From the NCBI RefSeq assembly GCF_009914755.1, contig NC_060927.1: 64,000 bases of DNA. The stretch is one strand, 5' to 3'. Under the pieces are notes generated by a model. That model was not told the DNA's origin and did not search any database. It saw nothing but the letters and a program-made list of their open reading frames with translations. Below, piece after piece: positions 57,020 through 64,000 of the stretch (positions are counted from its first letter, which is position 1; each line of letters starts with the position of its first letter). The position numbers and the translations under genes were made by a program. The stretch comes from the human T2T-CHM13v2.0 reference genome, Homo sapiens.

Positions 57020-59697
57020 CTGCCATGATGAGGAGAAAATTGTTGCCAACAGCTGGAAGTAATTTATCAGCTAGGCGAAAATGCTGCTTAACACACAGCA
57101 AAGAGATAATTGCCTGCCCTCTGCCCAGCACTTTCACCTACCTTTCCTAAACAGCTGCAATAATATTCCCAGGTCCCTGATCCGATCACTGAGAAGTGGA
57201 GAAGTTGCTTGTGTTTGGAGGTGCTTTCAATCTCTCAGGCCAATTCAGTAAATTAGATTACTTCTTCTAAAGCACTTAATAGAATCCTGGTGGCCTAAAG
57301 GAGCTAGCATGCCTCCAAAAATCAGTGGTGTGCTGCTTAAACCACAGCTTCTGGAAATATCCATGTAGGCACAGAGTTTGAGGTTGATAACTGCTCAGGA
57401 AATCATCTTTTAAGAAAGCAGAGTTCCCTCTGAATATTGCACTGTAACTGTTATAAGTGCATGGATGTACGTGTTTAATATACATCTCTTCTAATAAATT
57501 GAGCTGAGTCATATGTTTTTTAAATTCATAGGCTAAATTTAGAATTCATGAGGTTATTTGCAAGTCACTAACTAGAGTTCACTGTTATTTCCAACTAAAA
57601 TTTTTGCCTCAATGATTCTGCCAGCACGGAGTTACACAAAGAGCATGTGGTACTCTTTCATTTATCCTTTCACAGGCACTGCCTCCAGCTCTTACTGGGT
57701 GACCCATTGTTTCTGTGTTATGGGTCAAGTAAAAAGCAAAGGGGCTTTTTACTACAGAGCACCTTTCATAACTTTAGACCCCTCTAATTTGTCTTCTTTA
57801 TTGGCTAAATAAAACCTCTTCTTCATGAGCAAGTTCTTAATTGTTGCGGGTCTTGCTGTAATATAACTTTACATACATTTTCACCTTCCATCTCGAGACC
57901 TCACCTATCCTTCATAATATGCCAGTTTGGGCAACATATTAATGATCCATTTGCCTCACTTAACTTGTGTCTGCTAATTAGATCAAGAGTGGGGGGCTGG
58001 GGGGAGGTAAAAATCCAGGCTATTGGCCTCTGAGTAGCTCCTGGCTGGAGAATGGCTGCCTACCCAGCAAACGGGGCTCAAAGAAGCACAGATGGAGAGA
58101 GGTATAGAATAATAAATGTACAACTTCACTGAAAACCCCAGAACAGGGGCTAAATAGAAAGAAGTATCAGGACATTTAGGAAGGGTCAATGCAAATCAGA
58201 GAAGCTTCCAATGTATGGGAAATAATGGGGACATTTTATCTTAGTTCACCCCAGGTTGACAAGCAGAACAGTTTTTGCTGCATTCCATTCAGCCTGTATA
58301 CAAGACCTGTCACCATCACTGAACAAAGAGGACAGTCCAATCGACCATCATTGATCTCTTCATTAAACATGACAGCAGGATTTGGGGGCTGAGCAATGGT
58401 GTGGCAGTTTAGCAGTAGGAAGATTCTTTCCCCAATGGCAGCTCTCTGACATACTCACAATGTTAATTGAAATGGGGTCACTCAGTTCTGCTGGAATTTT
58501 GACTAAGCAAAGAAGGATTTCAAAATATTTCTTTTTTTTTTTTGGATTCTTTTGTGTTTAGCTTTCTCCCTTAAAATAATCATAAATAGATATTATATAT
58601 AATAATATATAATGATAGCTCTGTCAACTTCTTAATCACAGTTACAATCTGAACTCATCTCAGCCTTCTTGGGTTTGCTCTAGAGTTTGCTTCCATGTGT
58701 TTCCCATGCTCCCTACAATGACCTTTGACATGCATATCAAGCTTTTGTCTACCATGCCCTACACAAGCTGGGTCCATTTCTATCTCCTGCATCACCCCAG
58801 GTAGCACTGGCTACTTTCCATCAGTAGGAAGAATGATAGAAACTGGGAGGCGAGGTCTCAACCAAAGTTACCTATTCCCTAAGCCAAAATATTTTACAAA
58901 TTGTGATTCTTACAGTTTCTTACAGTAGCTTTGAAATGGGGCCCAGGAATTTGTATTTTTAACAAGCATACCAGGTAAGACTGTATACATTGAAGTTGTA
59001 GAATCACTGCTATGTTAAATACGTATCAGAAATGGGGGTTTGGGTGTAAAGTCTTACATAAAATACAGCCTGTTGGCATGCTGGTAGATAATACAGCTCC
59101 AAAATATTAAAAAGTAATAATAATAAAAGAATAACTTGTGTCAGTCTGAAAGCACTAAATTTTCTCTGTTTTTAGTAGAGTTTAAAAACAAGAAAAACTG
59201 TTGTTTCTTGTTTAAAAAGCAAGATAAATTATATTTGAACACAGCATTTTTCAACTTAATGCTGTGCTAAGTAAAGAGGAAAGTATTATAAAGGTGGTTA
59301 AAATTTCATCCTGGCCCTTTGGGCTGTTTCAGGATCACAGTAGTCCGAGGGCTAGGGAGGAGTAACATGAAAGAGAGTGAGTAATGACACGTTAGCATCA
59401 TACTGTAGACAGAGGCTTGAATGCCAAAACCAGGTGTTTGGAATCTAAAAATGTATGTATTATATGATCTGAGGGTTGCTCACCCATAAAGCGACATGAT
59501 GCTTTTTTAAAGACAATGGTTCTTAATCTGGACTGGATATCAGAGTCACCCATAGAGATTATTTGGACCCACACAGAGTCTGCTTAATCAAAATATCTGA
59601 GAGTGGAGTCTAGGCATCTTTATTTTTTTTTTTTTAATGTTTCACAAATAAATTTGATACAAAGCCAAGGTTAAGAACTGTTTTAAAAACTCAGCTC

Positions 59698-59947
59698 ATT
59701 GAACAATGAGAACACATGGACACAGGAAGGGGAACATCACACTCTGGGGACTGTTGTGGGGTGGGGGGAGGGGGGAGGGATAGCATTAGGAGATATACCT
59801 AATGCTAAATGATGAGTTAATGGGTGCAGCACACCAGCATGGCACGTGTATACATATGTAACTAACCTGCACATTGTGCACATGTACCCTAAAACTTAAA
59901 GTATAATAATAATAAAATTAATTAATTAATTAATTTTTTTAAAAAAA
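59698..59947 (+). mobile_element. Young 5'-truncated L1PA (about PA2-PA4) 3' UTR and tail
   Basis: Near-perfect L1PA 3' UTR (gaacaatgagaacacatggacacaggaagggg...aaaacttaaagtataataa), G-tract ggggtggggggaggggggaggg, flanking duplication agctcatt. Confidence 0.95.
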
Positions 59948-60399
59948 GCTCATTAGTAATGTTGATTTGGACCCAGGAAGGGGAAGCAGGGAGACCAAAA
60001 TCAGGATATCCGACTAGAAGCACACTGCAGCATTCCTGAAGATCTCAGTCAAGCTTTTCTTGGGACCTACTAAAATCCTGTCTGCTGATTTGCTAATGGG
60101 TCATGGGCTACATACAAACTTTAAATTAAGACCCAGAGCTTCCTGGCCTCCATGATGTGCTATTATACAGTAAAAACCCATCTGATAATTTGTCCCTTTT
60201 TAAAAGACATCTTGCTAATTAAATCACTTCACTATGAAACAGGGTATCTCTTTGTTTTCATTGTCTTTGGTTTTATAAAATCCTTTGGTATTTGAAAACC
60301 ACATGCATCTATTTTTTTGTTTCCGTGTCAACACTGCCTGCTTAACAAGGGAGTCTAATTAAAAACTTGATTTAAAGAACAAATGGTGGGGCTACTCAC

Positions 60400-60655
60400 A
60401 GCCTGAAGCTGAAGAATCAGGTCATTTTTTTCCTGAGTGAGGGATACTTGCTTTGCTTTCAGTTCCTCCCTCTGAAACTCTGATTTCTCCAAGGCTTTCT
60501 GTAATTGTGCACACTCTTCCTTCAGTCCAGCTACTTCTTCTCCTACTTCTGAAGATTTAACAAGAGGCTTGATCTTGAAGAAGAGCCTCATCCAGGGCCA
60601 GTTCTTCACAGCCATGAAAGCTCTTATGTTCCATTGGATCAAAATAAGTGCATCC
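60400..60655 (-). CDS. MYH15: MYH15 exon, 256 nt (MYH7 exon 22 equivalent): IQ2, WPW hook, invariant Pro, proximal S2
   Basis: tttag|GGATGCA ... CAGGCT|gtgagt; [31 protein letters not shown]...LQLQA. Confidence 0.96.
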
Positions 60656-61329
60656 CTAAATCAAGAAAGAAAAAAGAAAAGCAAGTTAGCCCTGACTATA
60701 GGAGAATTAGTTCCCAAATTAAGATCCTCAATAAACACATATTTTTAGGAGTCATAAAAAATTCTTATTAGTCTTCAAAGCACTTTTATATCTGGACTTT
60801 CACTTGATTCTGGCAAAAACTCTCCAAGGGATATCTGGGGTTAGCAGTATTATGGACTAGATATCCTAAAAATGTTCCTACCACAAACATTCTTTGAATG
60901 AGAGCTGAACCTAAAGAGAGTAAGACATATAGAAGGCACCAAAAACTTGAACAATAAGTGAATGCATGCATAGCTTGGCCATCTTTATGGAAGGAGGAAA
61001 CAAGTCTTGGTATTGTAAGAGTTTGTATTTTCATATTCACATGGATAAAAAGGCAAGGCAGAAACCTTCAAAGAATCTTACCCTTAATAAAAAGGAGGAC
61101 TGAAAAATCCACCTACCAGCAAAGAGAGATATCAAATTAAAGCACATCTGATTTGGTGTGAGTGAAGACAAATCCTGCTTCAGATTTTTTTTTAATGATC
61201 CAGTACCACTGAAGTATTTAAGGTCTAAATTATACTGCCTGAATGATACACAAATATCCAAGAAATTAGCACAGTGATTTTTTTACTGATAATAAATACC
61301 TTTTCAACCCTTGGGGTAGGAAAATACAA

Positions 61330-64000
61330 AATTACACTGAAAAAAAAATACCTTAAACCCAAGCACCAGAAGTTCTCCTACATAAGGCCCCCTGAAGAGG
61401 GCTTACAATCCAAAGTTACAAAACACATATAGGAAAATGAAGTTGAGTGCATATAATAAAAAGTTTGATGAAACCCCCAAGATTTTCAGATAATTGAACT
61501 ATCTGATGGAGACTATCAAATAATTATGTTAAAAATTATTAAAGGTATAAAGGAAAGAACTTTAGAAACAATGAACCACTATGACAAAAGGACACACAGA
61601 TTTGAAAGAACAAATAAAATGTCTAAAACTAAAAAACATAGCAGTTGGAATCAAATACTCAGTGGAAAAATTAAGCAGGTTATTAGAAATACTGGGGAAA
61701 AAAAACTAGTGAATTGAGAAAAGAATAAACCCCCACAGCTCCAGACTCCAGGATGACCCTTACAACCTCAGGTTCCAGGCCTGCCCCAGTGCCAGTCCAG
61801 ACATGCAGCCCCAGACTGCAAGCCTACCCCCAGTGACCCAGACTCTAGGACCATCCCAATAATCAGTCCAGTCCCCACAGACCCAGGCCCCAGACCTATC
61901 CCCATGAACCCAGTCAACAAGGGTGTTCCAGTAGATCCTAACCACAGACTGATTCTCATGGCCCCAGGATCCAGACATACCCTCACTAAGTCCACTACCA
62001 TGGACTTAGACACCAAGGCCTGCCCATGTGGATCTAAGATCTAGTGTATACAGCCTCCAGGCTAATCTTCATGGACCCAGGAACTGGGCCTGAATGTGCA
62101 CTGAAACTACCACCAGGCCATCATGCCCCAAGACTCCAGCAGCATTCCTGCCAGTGGACAATGCCAGCTGGGCTGCCAAGAATCTCTGACCAAGCTTACT
62201 GCTGAAGAGGTTTTCCTGTTGAAGCCAGCCTATAAAGACCAAAAGGTGTACTACTTCAAATGCACAAACACTAATGTAAGGCCACAAGGATCATGAATAA
62301 TCAAAAAAATGACACCACCAAAGGAACAAAACAAAGCACCAGTAACCATCCCTAAAAAAATGGAGATCTACAAAGTAACAACTGGAGAAAGCAAGAAATT
62401 ACAGGCTTCTGAAACAAATGCACAAACAAACTGGACACCTGGAGCGGTTAGCAACAACGTCCTAAAATCTCTAGCCAAGATGTCTGGTGAAGATTTTGCC
62501 CAGTCAAACCAGTCCATAAACATGGAGGAGGGGGGATGCTGTTTCTTCAAATGTACAGACATTTATGCAAAGCTATAATAAACATGAAGAATCAGGAACA
62601 CACAAAAGAATAAAAAGAATAAAATAAATCCCTAAAAATCCAACCTAAATGGAGATCTATGAATTGCTGACAAGGAATTCAAAACAATGATCTTAAAAAA
62701 AAGTTTAGTGAGCTACAAGAGAACAACTAAACAAAGTGAGAAAAATAATACATGAACAAAAGGGGAAGTTCAACAAGGAAATAAAAACCATAAAAAAGAA
62801 CCACATAGAAATTCTGGAATTGAAGAACAAAATGGCTGGACTGAAAAAATTCCATGGAAAGTATAAATGCAATCAAGGGGAAGAATCAGTGAGCTCAAAG
62901 ACAGGTCACTTGAAATTACTCATTTAGAGGAACAAAAATGAAAAACAAATGAAAAGAATGAAGAATGCCTACAGCACTTGTAGGACATCGGCAAGCTTAC
63001 CAATATACACATTATGGGAGTTACAGAAGGAGCAGAGAAAGAGAAACAGAAAGCTTATTTAAAGAAACAATGACAGAAAGCTTTTAAATCTGGAGAGGAA
63101 AACGAACAACTAGATTCATTAAGCCCAAAGAACCCCAAGTAGATCAAATATAAAGAGATCTTCACCAATGCACATTATAATGAAATTCTCAAAAGTCAAA
63201 GAGAGAATTTTGAATGCAGCAAAACAAAAGTAACTTGTCACATATAATAAAACCCTCATGAGACTATGAGCAGATTTCTCAGCAAAAACCTTGCAGACCA
63301 GAAGAGAGTGGTGTGATATAACCAAAGTGCTAAAAGAAAAAAAAAAAACTAAAAACCACCAACCAGAAATACTGTATCCAGCAAGGCTGCCTTTCAGAAA
63401 TGGAGAGATAACAGACTGCCACACAAATAAAAGCTGTGGGAGTTTATCGTCACTACTTGCCTTACAAGAAATGCTAAAGGGTGTTCTTCAAGTTGAAACA
63501 AAAGGATGCTAACTAACCACACAAAAATATATAAAAGTGTAAAACTCACTGAAAAGAATATAGTCAAATTCAGAATAATACTGTAATAATGGTGCATAAA
63601 TCACCTTTAACTCTAAAATTAGTTAATGTACAAAATTATTTTAAAAAACTATAGCTATAATAACTGATTAATAGATATACAATACTAAAAAATATTAAAT
63701 TGTGACATAAATAACATAAAATGTGGGGACAAGATAAGTTAAAATTAAGAGTTTTTATATGTAGTTGAAGTTAAACTATTGCCAGCTTAAAATAAGATGT
63801 TGTCAGCCTTAAGATAAACATATAACTACAAGATGTTTTATGTAAGCCTCATAGTAACCACAAAGAAAAAACTTCTAGTAAGTATTCAGAAGATAAAGAG
63901 AAAGGAATACCTAGCATTACAAAATATTATCACATCACAAAGGAAGACAGAAAGAAACAATTTTTTTAAAAAGTTGTAAAACAATTAACAAAATGGCAGT
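61330..64000 (+). mobile_element. Old L1M element(s): repetitive 5' UTR (about 61730-62180), decayed ORF1 (about 62300-63510), inter-ORF region and ORF2 start at the window edge; older L1-like fragment at 61330-61720
   Basis: ORF1-like remnants (MRKIIHEQKGKFNKEIKTIKKNHIEILELKN; gcagatttctcagcaaaaaccttgcagaccagaagagagtgg; ILYPARL) and terminal aacaaaatggcagt. Confidence 0.85.

Overview
Primate (very probably human) genomic DNA lying entirely inside a minus-strand sarcomeric myosin heavy chain gene, which I recognise as MYH15. Eighteen GT-AG exons (60655 down to 478) splice into 3232 nt with no stop codon (1 nt + 1077 codons). They run from the IQ2/hook (WPW) motif through S2 and the LMM rod to the start of the assembly-competence domain. 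Exon sizes match my recollection of MYH7 exons 22-38, except that one intron is missing (fused 350-nt exon) and two extra introns are present (116+193, 171+105). The introns are repeat-rich: Alus, a full-length THE1 element, several solo MaLR/ERV LTRs, L1, L2, MIR and hAT MITEs. Nearly all other ORF-track entries are repeat-derived or chance. I see no new multi-gene system. The most interesting signals are local: a 5' splice site that fits U1 well only in a bulged register, micro-inversions of the same segment in three gene-sense L2 copies, a GC peak centred on the missing-intron junction, intact DUX4 motifs in three antisense THE1 LTRs, and substitutions in S2, skip 4 and the ACD relative to MYH7. 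Paralog residue numbers and repeat subfamily calls are from memory and need alignment or RepeatMasker confirmation.
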